This document shows positions 48,301 to 59,800 of a stretch of DNA of 64,000 bases, piece after piece; the stretch's first letter is position 1, and each line of letters opens with the position of its first letter. The notes under the pieces were generated by a model. It was not told the origin of the DNA. It was given only the letters and a program-made list of their open reading frames with translations, and made no database searches. Source of the stretch: Macrostomum hystrix (lineage: Eukaryota > Animalia > Platyhelminthes). Location: NCBI GenBank assembly GCA_950097015.1, contig CATNEN010000007.1:2356001-2420000 (forward strand). The letters run 5' to 3'. The translations under genes and the position numbers were made by a program.

Positions 48301-51300
48301 ATGGCTGCCGCAATGGACATCCTTGGAGCCGCTTCGGCCGACAGCCAGAAGCAACAGCAGCAGCAGCAGAAGCAGCAAATGTCAATTGATGACGATGATG
48401 AGGAGCCGTTTCACCTGGCGGGCCTCTTCCTTGGGGCTAGAGACGGCGATGCTGCGCGCGTCAAACAGGAGCTGCTCCTTCTGCCCGCAACCGTTGAGAT
48501 CAACGGCCGTAATCGCAGCGGCGAGACTGTCGTCCACGTCGCCGTGCCCACTGGCTCCCTGGCAATCCTTGAGGCGCTTCATCAGCGGGGCGTCGACATG
48601 CACCAGCTGAACCGGGCCTGCGAGAACGGCCTGCACATTGCCTGCAGACTTGGCGACATCAACGTGGCTCGATTCTTTGTTGAACGAGCCGCCGTTTGTG
48701 TAGACGGCCAAACCAAGGACGGCGACTCGCCAGTTCACCTGGCTGTGAAGAGGGGTCACGCCGGTGTTGTTGAATATCTCGGCTCGCGGGGCGCTAATCT
48801 GAATGCGCAAGATCGCTCATTCGAGACACCGCTGCACGCTGCTGCTGCTGCTGGCAGCGTCGACTGCGTCCGCACACTGGTGCAAGCTGGCGCCAGGATC
48901 TACATGGAGGACCGCGTCGGCTGGACCCCACTGGAGCATGCAATCAAGCGTCACCAGACAACCATTGCGCTCATGCTCATTAACGCAGGTGCGCCGATAG
49001 ACCATGTTGACCATCAGAAGAGAGAGTGCCCGCTACATCTGGCTTGCCGCGAGGGTCTTCTACCTGTGGTGCAGGCTCTCTGCGCCTACGGCTGCCGAGT
49101 GGACGTCTACAACGCTTTGGGCGTGACTCCACTGCATATCGCATCCCGCGCTGGTCACTTGGAGCTCGTCCGCTGCCTCCTACTAGCAGGCGCGAGTCCT
49201 CAGTTGACTAGTCGCGACGGCGTCCTGCCCGAGGTGATGGCGCTGGCTCAGAATCATACCCTCACGGCCAGTCTCTTGGGAAAGATGCGTCCGGAGAGAC
49301 GAGCAATTTGTGTGGAGCAGCTGGTGCCCACACAGCGCCCGCTGCCCCGCATCAAGCTGAAGGTGTTCGGCGACAGCGCCTCTGGCAAGTCTTCGCTGAT
49401 CGGCAGCCTTAGATCGAATGCCATCACGGGCTTCTTTCGAAAAAAGTTTAAAAGTCAAGATGAAGCAAACAGTCTAGATGATGAGACTCAGACATTCTCC
49501 ATGCGTTCGAGAACAATGCCTGTCGAGATGAACTTCGAAGCGGTTCACGAGGCCTACACGAAAGGAATTCAAGTGCAGAGCATCGGAATCACAGGTGCTG
49601 GAGACTTCTCAGTCTGGGAATTTTCTGGCTATCAACCATACTACCTGTTCTACGACCACTTCATCGGTGACACATCATGTGTCCACCTGATTCTGTTCAA
49701 TTTGATGGACAGCTTTGAGCTGATGCGTCAAAAGGTCATGTTCTGGGTGAACTTTGTCATGGGTCGGATTCCGGCTCGGGAGCCGCTGGGCTTCTGTGGT
49801 AAGCCGAAGAGCATGGCCCGCATAGCGCTGGTGGGCACTCACAGCGACCGCGCCGCCGGATTGAGAAATGCCGAAGGCCTGCTTGAGAATCGAGACGCCG
49901 ACCGCATCCTAGAAGAGGTAATGGCTCTGACCCGCTACCGGCTTGATGTCTGCGATCGCATCTTTGTTGTGAATACCAGCGAGGCGATGTCGCCCGAGAT
50001 GAAGGCTCTGCGTAGCCAGCTGGCCGATTGGCGCGCCGAGATTCTTCGCCATCTTCCGTTTTCAAACGGATTCCTGGACGTGGTCATTAGCCGCATCTCC
50101 GAGTGGGTCAGCGGCACCCAGTTTCCTGTGTACACTTGGCAGCAATTCGTTGAGACCGTACGCAACAAGGTAAACCCCCTCTGTAGCGAGGATCACCTGA
50201 AGGACCTGATCCAGGAGCTGCAGTATGCTGGAGAGGTCATCTACCTAGAGTCCGACGCCGGTCACGATATGATTGTGCTCAGTCCGCAGTGGCTCTGCTC
50301 CGGTGTACTCGGCTTTCTACTGTCGCAGGACAACATCTCCCAGGCTAGAGTCACTGGCAGTTTCACAGCAGACGACATTCAGTTTATGATTGCCGGAACG
50401 GAGGCTAACCAGCTCCTGCGGATTCTAACCGCCCTGGACCTGTGCACTCAAGTCGAGGTCGAAGACGAGATTCAGTACGAATTTCCCAGCCTGAACTTTC
50501 TGGACAGTGTTCGCGGCCTATGGGAAAAGGAGCCGCGGCACGACGCTTCAGTCTACGCCGGAATGCAGGTGCGAGCGACCAAGTCGCAACTGGTTCACAT
50601 ATTTCCCCGGCTTCAGTGCAGCCTTCGACGCAGCCTCAAGGTAGACAAGGACGATGAGCTTCACTCAGCCGTGCTGAGCGAGGCGGACCTGTTTCAGTGG
50701 CATCACGGCTCCAAGCTGTCACTGGCTGGCATTGAGTGCATGCTGCGAATGGAGGAGTGCGATCAGGTGCGTGCGTGCACGACTTCTAAGCTGCAAATTT
50801 TTCGCCAGTTCCTGATTTCCGAATTCTCCAAGTAGATTTTATTGCAAACGCTATTATAGGTGATACGCTTGAGAGCCAGGGGCCCCCGACAGCAACTACA
50901 ACTGCTGTTCGGAGTCTACCAGGACATGGTCAATCTGATTGAGCAGACCATCGAGGACACATGCCCCAGCATGGAGTACGAGGTTTCCGTTCTGAGTCCG
51001 AAGGAGTTGCGCAATCACTCCAAGGTGGCCATCGCGGTGCCGCAGGGCGTGGTGTACCGCGCCATCGAGGAGCAGCGCAACCGCGGCGGATCCCCCACAT
51101 CCGAAATCATCGTTAACTTCGAGGAAGGCCTCGTCATGGAGAGCCTGGAGAGTCTCTTGTGCTTCGGCAGCCGACAGCTGCTCAGCCAGCTGACTCTGGG
51201 CCCGGACTTGCACCTGTCCTGCCTGAGAACGCCCGCCTTCCAGCGCCTGTGCAGCATGTTCGATCCGGTTGATCCGCTGGGCAAGGACTGGTGCTTGCTG

Positions 51301-51651
51301 GCCGTCCGGCTGGGCATGACGCAGAGTGTCCCCACCATCGACAGCGGCAACGAGTGGCTGCGAAGCCGCACCGCCAAAATTCTCGACGAGTGGGGAAAAG
51401 AGCCCGGCGGCACCATCGGAGCGCTGATCGCCATCTTCCGAGAGCTCGGCAGGGGCGACGCGGCCGAGCTGCTGATGGACTCGGCGCCACTCTACCAGTA
51501 CTCGCCTAGTAAACCAGAAGTGGATTCGACGACGGGCGGCGCTGCAAATGTCGCGACTGGCACAACGGCCGACGCAGCCGGAGCCTCTGCCCACGACGAA
51601 GATTTGGACCAGGCTGTCGGCGGTGGCTCCGGCTCGACGCTCAGCCGCTGA
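48301..51651 (+). CDS. DAPK1-like: DAPK-like Roco protein: ankyrin repeats, ROC, COR and death domain; no kinase domain visible (1085 aa)
   Basis: Exons 48301-50766 and 50860-51651 with a 93-bp phase-0 intron. About 8 ankyrin repeats (GENGLHIAC-type, GDSPVHLA, ETPLHAAA, GVTPLHIAS). ROC motifs KVFGDSASGKSSL, VWEFSG and LVGTHSD; COR motif IVLSPQWLCSGVLG; death domain DPVDPLGKDWCLLAVRLG...RELGRGDAAELL, closely matching DAPK1. Confidence 0.92.
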
Positions 51652-52457
51652 TGAAACTGTCAAAACGAACAGGCAAACAAAATAGAAAAGTCATCGAGAA
51701 TATTATTCACTACTACGATAAGGACCATCCGACAATAACGATCACGCTAATTATATACTGTACTAAACTGACAAGATAAGTGCTCTGTGACATTTACGAA
51801 ATTAGTATCATTTTCACAATGTGATATGCTTTATCCATACCTGTAGCCTTAGCTCCATAGTTACCTTATTTTCACGTTCAATCCTAAAATTTTTCCAAAT
51901 CCTAATTTTAGTTAACTGTAGTTATTGAACACTGGTAATCAGCTTCCAGTACATTGTTCATTGTTCGTCCTCTGTTGCTAGCTAGTCCAAAATCACTTCT
52001 TTCGACTAACACCCGTGTTATTAACTCTGCTCCTCCACATTCTACTATAATTACTAGCATCCATCGCATAATATTGTATAGCTTGATTGAGTACCATGCA
52101 ATTTCCGAGAACACTTTGATGTACATTCGCAAAACAAGAAATTCGGACAAAAAAACGAAACACACTACTTACTAATCCTTTCCATTTATTATGCTCTTTT
52201 TAAGCTGGTTGCTTTTAGATACGCATAGAGCTGCACTGAATGCTTATCCTGACTGCTTCGCGAATACTGTTGTGGAATAAATGAATGTGCAAATCATTAC
52301 AAAAATGTGTGAGAACTGCCTTTGTAAATTTGCAAATATTTTTATAAGCGAAAGTAGATGAATGAATTTACAGTCAGTGACACAACCAAAGCTATTGCAC
52401 GCTGCTTCCAAAGGCAGTGTACATTGGTACACATTTTACACATTTTGTACAATCCGC

Positions 52458-52666
52458 ACAGCCGCGAAGAGAACCTCCAAGTCCAACCTCCAAGGCACAG
52501 TGAGAGTGTACACTGCCTAGCGATGAGAAATTTATGGCTGATGGACACACCTGTGTGCGCGTGTGCTCAGGAGTCCGCGAAATATAAGCAGAATTGGCTG
52601 CTCGGTGGCTGCGGCTGTACTTCCACCAAACAATGTACCACAGCCCTCCTGCAAGTACGATTATTG
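52458..52666 (+). mobile_element. tRNA-derived SINE, degenerate partial copy
   Basis: CCAACCTCCAAGGCACAGTGAGAGTGTACACTGCCT...GTGCTCAGGAGTC...CAGCCCTCCTGCA. Confidence 0.75.
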
Positions 52667-53871
52667 CTGTTTAGCAAGACACTTAACTCTTCATTGCTTC
52701 AGCTCACCCAGATAGGTACCAGTATTCAGTCCATGGACTGAATAGCCGTACCCAGCCTTCAGATGCGCCGCGAAATAGCTGTGACGCTACACACCAGACC
52801 CAATTGAATTATATTATTGTTATTACTTAGCAGCCGAAATTAGGTATTTCATGTTTGCCCCCATTTCCCTAAGTGCATGGCCATTCTCAGTACGCACAAA
52901 CAGTTTTTTGCATCGATAATTGTTTTACAACACTCCGGGAACATTTGAACTCCGTACTCAGGTGAGTGACCCGCGGAACCTTTGATTTTTGCGGTCATCG
53001 GCAAGCGGTCCATTGTTTTGATAATCAGCGCGGATTCCGGGGCATGGCTGGTGATGAAGCGAGCCGGACGCTGCCAGTTTCACATGGCTCAAAGATTTAT
53101 GACGGACCCGGCACCGAAACACCGTCACAATGGACTCTATCAGCACCACGGACATTGGGAGAAATAGCTCAGCCGGGAAGGCCCGAGGGGAAGTGGAGGA
53201 GTGGCGGAGTGGGAAGAAGACGCGGGGGGGGGGAAAGTGGCCGCCTGGTCGATGCAGGCGTTGCCAAATCAGCAGTGATTAGTGTCTGATTGCCAGTTAA
53301 TTGAACGGAAGCCGAGGAAGATAGGAATAGCGATAGAGATAGATAAGATGGATGGGGAGGCTGGGTGAGTGGAGCTGCGTCAAAAGCCTCGCGACTTTCC
53401 CAACGGTGGGAAGGCGGAGAGCTGATAAGGGAAATCTTCGGCCTAAGTGGCTGCCAGGCAGCGTCCGAGAACTCAGTTAGGACAGGATGATTTGCTCTGA
53501 AGATGGAAGAATTTTAGCTGCGAGAACTTCCGGACAGCTGGCATAGGCAAAGCATGATTTTCTGTTCCTGTTCACGCAGTTCATGACTTGGCTAACGCTT
53601 CCTACAGGTGAAATCCGTTGACCAGCCTATTTACCTCGGGTTTGCCTGGCTGCTTGATTCAGCCAACTGGCTGATCGACGCGGAAGTCACTTACGAGGCT
53701 CTAAAAACTGACTCTTGCCACTTCAGCCATCCGAGCAGAATGCGATTTCTGCTAGCCAATAGCAGGCAGTCATGCAGGGCGATTGAGTCAAGTTAGAAAT
53801 AGCCGAGCCCAATCCCATTGACAGCTCTCTCTGCATGAGCTTCTGGGTTAGCTCTGCGTTCGACTTTGGAA

Positions 53872-56800
53872 ATGCTGTCCATTCTTCTCCTACTGCTGCC
53901 AGCCAGTTGCTACGGAGTGTTGCAGCAGCAGCAGCAGCAGCAGCAGTCAGTCAAAGAGGTTCTGGCGGGCAGCTCTGTGCTGTTTCCATGCCCGGATGTT
54001 CAACCGCTGAGAACAGTCTCGCATTCGGGTTCAAAGAGGCCAGGTCGCCTGCTAATTCAACTGATTCACGGCGAAGGTTCAGGGCAGCAGGTCCTGCTGA
54101 CTCGTTGGGCCGCCATCGGCCAGTCGCAATCAACGACATCCGCGGATTCCACGTTCGAGCGTTCTCGTCTCGCCTGGCTGAAATGCGTCGGAGCGGAGGG
54201 CGGCGGAGTCCGACTTGACAATGTCCGACCAGACGATCAGGGCATCTACGAGTGTCGCCTAAATGTCGAGGAGTTCAAAGCTTCTGGAGGCCAGCCAGAG
54301 GTGGTACAGAAACTGTCGTCAGTTTACTACCTTTTCGTGTTCGGTGAGTCACCGACACAGCCTGAATGACTGAGACACTGAATGACTGAGACGCTGAAGG
54401 ACTGAGACACTGAATGACCGAGACACTGAATGACTGAGACACTGAATGACTGAGACACTGAATGACTGAGACACTGAATGACTGAGACACTGAATGACTG
54501 AGACACTGAATGACTGAGACACTGAATGACTGAGACACTGAATGACTGAGACACTGAATGACTGAGACACTGAATGACTGAGACACTGAATGACTGAGAC
54601 ACTGAATGACTGAGACACTGAATGACTGAGACACTGAATGACTGAGACACTGAATGACTGAGACACTGAATGACTGAGACACTGAATGACTGAGACACTG
54701 AATGACTGAGACACTGAATGACTGAGACACTGAATGACTGAGACACTGAATGACTGAGACACTGAATGACTGAGACACTGAATGACTGAGACACTGAATG
54801 ACTGAGACACTGAATGACTGAGACACTGAATGACTGAGACACTGAATGACTGAGACACTGAATGACTGAGACACTGAATGACTGAGACACTGAATGACTG
54901 AGACACTGAATGACTGAGACACTGAATGACTGAGACACTGAATGACTGAGACACTGAATGACTGAGACACTGAATGACTGAGACACTGAATGACTGAGAC
55001 ACTGAATGACTGAGACACTGAATGACTGAGACACTGAATGACTGAGACACTGAATGACTGAGACACTGAATGACTGATACACTGAATGACTGAGACACTG
55101 AATGACTGAGACACTGAATGACTGAGACACTGAATGACTGAGACACTGAATGACTGAGACACTGAATGACTGAGACACTGAATGACTGAGACACTGAATG
55201 ACTGAGACACTGAATGACTGAGACACTGAATGACTGAGACACTGAATGACTGAGACACTGAATGACTGAGACACTGAATGACTGAGACACTGAATGACTG
55301 AGACACTGAATGACTGAGACACTTATACTGTGTATATGTTTTAAAGAACTTTTAAGGTTTAAAGTTGTGTATTTAAAGTCACAGACTTGCAGACATGTCG
55401 CTAAAATTTGCACATTGAAGCGCAAGACGCGATCGGGTAAAAACGGAATGAATGACAACAGGGTTTCAGATATCGTGTGGAACACCAAGTTGTAAAAGAA
55501 GATTTCTTAGCGACTTTAAATTTTACTTTAGCACGAAGAAAATGCGAGAATGGATATTACAGAATGATTGCTATGAAGTCACAGCAATGGGCTAGCTTGT
55601 CCATCTACCCTGTCCTTAAGCCGCTAAGTACGCTCTCGTAGACGGTATGGCCAATTCGAAAAAAAAACTGTCATACCCATTTCAGGAAAGACAGTTTTCA
55701 ACGTTTGGCTCTAGTAGAGATGATTTTCCATTGAAATAACTGAACTGGGAGTGACCATATGCCACTAGATTCTACACTAGGCTGGCCTCGATGCTTAGTG
55801 AATTCTCTGTTCACTAATCACTCATAACAAGCTCGTTTTGTCATAAAAAGTTAGTTTCTTTCAGTCCAGCCAAGCCTGTGGTCTCTCTTAACCATTATCC
55901 TGAATGAAAGCGAATCAATCGAACCTGCAGCGTTTCATGGAAATTCTATACCTTCCTCTACTCGCCAATTGATCTAGCAAAAGTGAAAAAATCTTTCACA
56001 GAATCTGAAACAGGAGAAGTTGCTGCATCAATAAGCAACAGATCAGCTTTTATTCGATTCGGAAAAAACCTGGCCCAATCTCTGTGATCGATTTTCACAG
56101 AGCCATACAATTAAGCTTGCCACATTGGCCAGAGACTGAAGCCACTGTAGCAGCGGGAATCTTTCAATACACCACCAAAGGTGACGCGGAGGGATCTCGT
56201 AGATTCCCTGCCCACTGATGAAGGCTGTGCCTTAGTAAAGATTGCTGAGTAATGGGATTTTAGGTGCGCCAAATCCCCCAGCGAAATGGCGGGCGTTAAT
56301 TCTTTCTCGATGCCGCGGTCTGCCCTCCCACAATGGTCAGCGACTGGGACAACGAGGAGGTCACTGCGGAAGACGGTCAGCAAAGGGGCTGGGACCTATG
56401 TGATATAGGCCAATCAGTGAGAAGTCCCCCTGGCCAATCTGAAATCTAATTGTCAGCTCTGAGCTCCCTGCCTCAGTCCAGTCCCTATTTTCTATCTATC
56501 TTCATTTGTCTCTGCCCTGTCCTAGTGGGTTACCATCAGCCAGCACCGCGGGGCAAGCCATGAATGCGATCCTCTCCCTAACTCTCTTTGCCGATGTGTC
56601 TCTTCTGATTCCCCATTGGTCTGCGCTGAGGATGCGAAACCTAGCCAGCTAATAGAGCTGAATAAGCATTTAGATGGGGATCTGTGGAGAATGCTGAGGG
56701 GATCTGCGGGGAATGCTGAGGGGATCTGTGGGGAATGCTGAGGGGATCTGCGGGGAATGCTGAGGGGATCTGCGGGGAATGCTGAGGGGATCTGTGGGGA

Positions 56801-59800
56801 ATGCTGAGGGGATCTGTGGGGAATGCTGAGGGGATCAATGGGCATTTCAGTGGGGATCAATAGAAAGCTTAAAGAAATCGGCAGTGAATTTTGAGGGTAT
56901 CAATGCTAAATATAGTTATAGTTACAAATGTACGGAATTAACGCCTACAACAATTGCGCGAGATGTAATAGCCAATGTCACGGCCCCAGCACTGTTATTG
57001 CGCGGCGCATCCAGAGGTTATGTACAGATTTTCAGTTCATGGACTAGAGGGCCGACACACACTGGTACCAGGGGGGACTGGGAGAGCTGTTAATACGTTT
57101 GCCTCTCGTGCCAAGGTCCCAGAGCTTGATTCCGCGGCGAGGCCACATTCATTTTTGGCGCAGCCGCGGAGAGAAGGCTTGGGGGGTTGTCGTGCAATTT
57201 ACGCCCTTGAGGGCCAACCTCCAAGGCACAGTGAGAGTGTACACTGCCTGACGATGAAAAAGTCAGGGCAGATGTACACACCTGCATGAGCGTGTGCCTG
57301 CGTACAGTGTCTGTGTGAGTGTGTGCTCAGGAGTCAGCGAAATGGGCAGAATTGCCTTCTCGCTGACTGCGGGTCTAGTGTCACCAAATAATGTGCCATT
57401 GCCCGCAGCCCTCCTGCAGTTATTAATATAATTATTATTATTAAAGAGGCAGCGACTCGAACTCACGACCGATTGGCTACAAGCCCCCTAAAAAGTGAAT
57501 CATCACTGAATGTAAATAAAAGTTGAGCGGAGACGTTATCAGTGAGGCTGAGAAGGAATTTCGCCACACCTGCAGAGCCGCCGAAGATCCAGAACCCGCT
57601 GCCGCCTAGCCTGTCAGTCAAGCGGCTGTCCCGCCTGCTGCTCACCTGCCGCGTCACCGGGCGGCCCTCGCCGGACAACATGTGGCTGCACAATGGCCGC
57701 CGAGTGCTCAACGAAAACGGAGTCAGCGTGTCACGCAGCGGCACTTTGAGCATAGCTCAGGTCACCGAGCAGCAGGCCGGACTATACGAGTGCCTGGCCA
57801 AGAATAAAGTCGGCGAGGCCAGGGCGCACACGGCACTGCTGATTGAGGGTGAGTTGATGCCAACTTGCGATAAAGCTGCGACAGACATCTGAAACAGACT
57901 CGAGTCCTTCATGCCGAGAAGGATGTCAATTATCCGAAGAAGGATCCCCAAGGTCCCCAAAAGATCCCATTAGTCCAAAGAAGGATCCCAATAATCCACA
58001 GAAAGATTCCAGAAAGCCCAAGAGGGATAACAAAAAATAGAATCCAAAAACTCCTATTGTAAGAATGTTGCACGGATACTTCCGCAGGCGGAACTCAGCC
58101 GGACCCATGGGACGTCCCGTCGAACCTGACCCGCCGCCGGCTCCAGCGAGCCGAGCTGCCGTGCCGCGCTGTGAGCGTCGAAGCCGCGGCAGCTCCAGGA
58201 GCTCCACAGCCGCGCTGGCTGAAGAACAATCGGGATATTCAACTGATCCCCGAACTGCTTCACCGCTACATGATCGAGAACGGCTCGCTGATCCTGCCGA
58301 CACTGCTCATCAGCGACATCGGCTGGTACAGCTGCCAGGCTGGCGACGGCCAGCTGCCAACAAGAACCGCCTCGACCTACCTGGACGTGGTACACGAGCC
58401 GCAGTTTCCCACTGGCGCGGCGCAGCGGACCCAGCTGCTCACGGCTGGCCGGGGAGGCAGCATCGAGTGCCCGGCGCTGTCCAACCCGCCCCCAGTGGAG
58501 GTGCACTGGACGCACAACTACACCAAGGCTGGGGTGAGCCAGGGCCGCCTGTTTCGCCTGCTGCCCTCGGTAGAGCCGCGACACGCCGGCATTTGGAAGT
58601 GCCACGCCAGGAACCTGCTGGGGTGGAGCAGCTGGAGTCCGGAGCTGCGAGTCGTTGTGCATGGTGAGCACAGCTGTGCAAGTGTACAAACACCCATTGC
58701 GCCCACCTACTGTACCGCCTGGGGTTGGCTAATCATGAGGTGGGGCTAGACAAGAAGGGTCAGTTCCGATTCGCAATCGGAATCAAGGATTGGGGTAGGA
58801 AATAACTAGAAAACAGCTGTCATATAGAGGCATGAGTGGCAGAGCGGTTAACGCGTTTGCCTCTCGCGCCAAGGTCCCTGGGCTCGATTCTACGGCGAGG
58901 CCAACATTCATTTTTGGCGCAGCCGCGGAGAGAAGGGATAGGGACTTGTCGTGCAATTTAACGCCCTTGAGGGCCAACCTCAAAAGCACAGTGAATTGTA
59001 CGCTGCCTGACGATGAGAAAGTCAGTGCAGATTAATATACTCAAGAGAGACCCACGTGAGCTACTTCTTTTGATAAGAATATAGGTATAGACGCGGTAAA
59101 ACTTACTCGGGGCTAAGGGCAGTGACGCATCATTTGGTGACAGTCGACATGCAGCCAACGAGGAGGCAATGCTCTCTGTTCCACTCACGCCTGAGCATAG
59201 ACAGACACGTGGATACGTTTCACCGGACTTTAGTGCGTAATGGGATATGAGATATGAAGATGAAGATGAAGATGAAGAACCGTGAAACAATCGAGCAGGC
59301 CGACCAAAGCAGCATCAGAGCGGCACGGCGCAGATTCAACAGATGATCGGCACGGACTGCGTCATCTTCTGCCACTCCGCCGACCTGCCCCAGGAGGCTG
59401 TTCAACAAAAGCCGACTCCAACTGAAACGACCATTGTTCACTGGTACAAAGATGATAAGCAAATCAACTTTAGCAGCGCAGACAATGGTAGAATCCGACA
59501 CAGTGACAACTCTCGACTGCTCAGCATCGAGCGCTTGGTTCCAACGGACTCGGGTCGGTACCAGTGCACTGCCGCTCGAGCAGGACGGGCAGCCGGAAGC
59601 GAGTTTTCTCTGACGCAGCTGCTGGTGGAGACTGCGCCAAGGAGGCCGCCGTATAACCTCAGCCTGGCGCTGCGGCCTGGCGGCTCCTCGGCTCTGCTCA
59701 CCTGGAATCCGGGATTCGATTCTCAGAGACGGCTCAACTATGTTGTCTGGTTTAGAGCTATTGGCGCTCTGGGAGACGGTTGGAGCACGATCAGGTAATC

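Noticed and set aside
54275-55488. 343-379-aa Ser/Val-rich ORFs
   Set aside because: Translations of the 16-bp array in all three minus frames.
56111-56383. 90-aa minus-strand ORF in Turtle intron 1 as a transposase or integrase remnant
   Set aside because: No DDE or zinc-finger motif and no terminal repeats found nearby.
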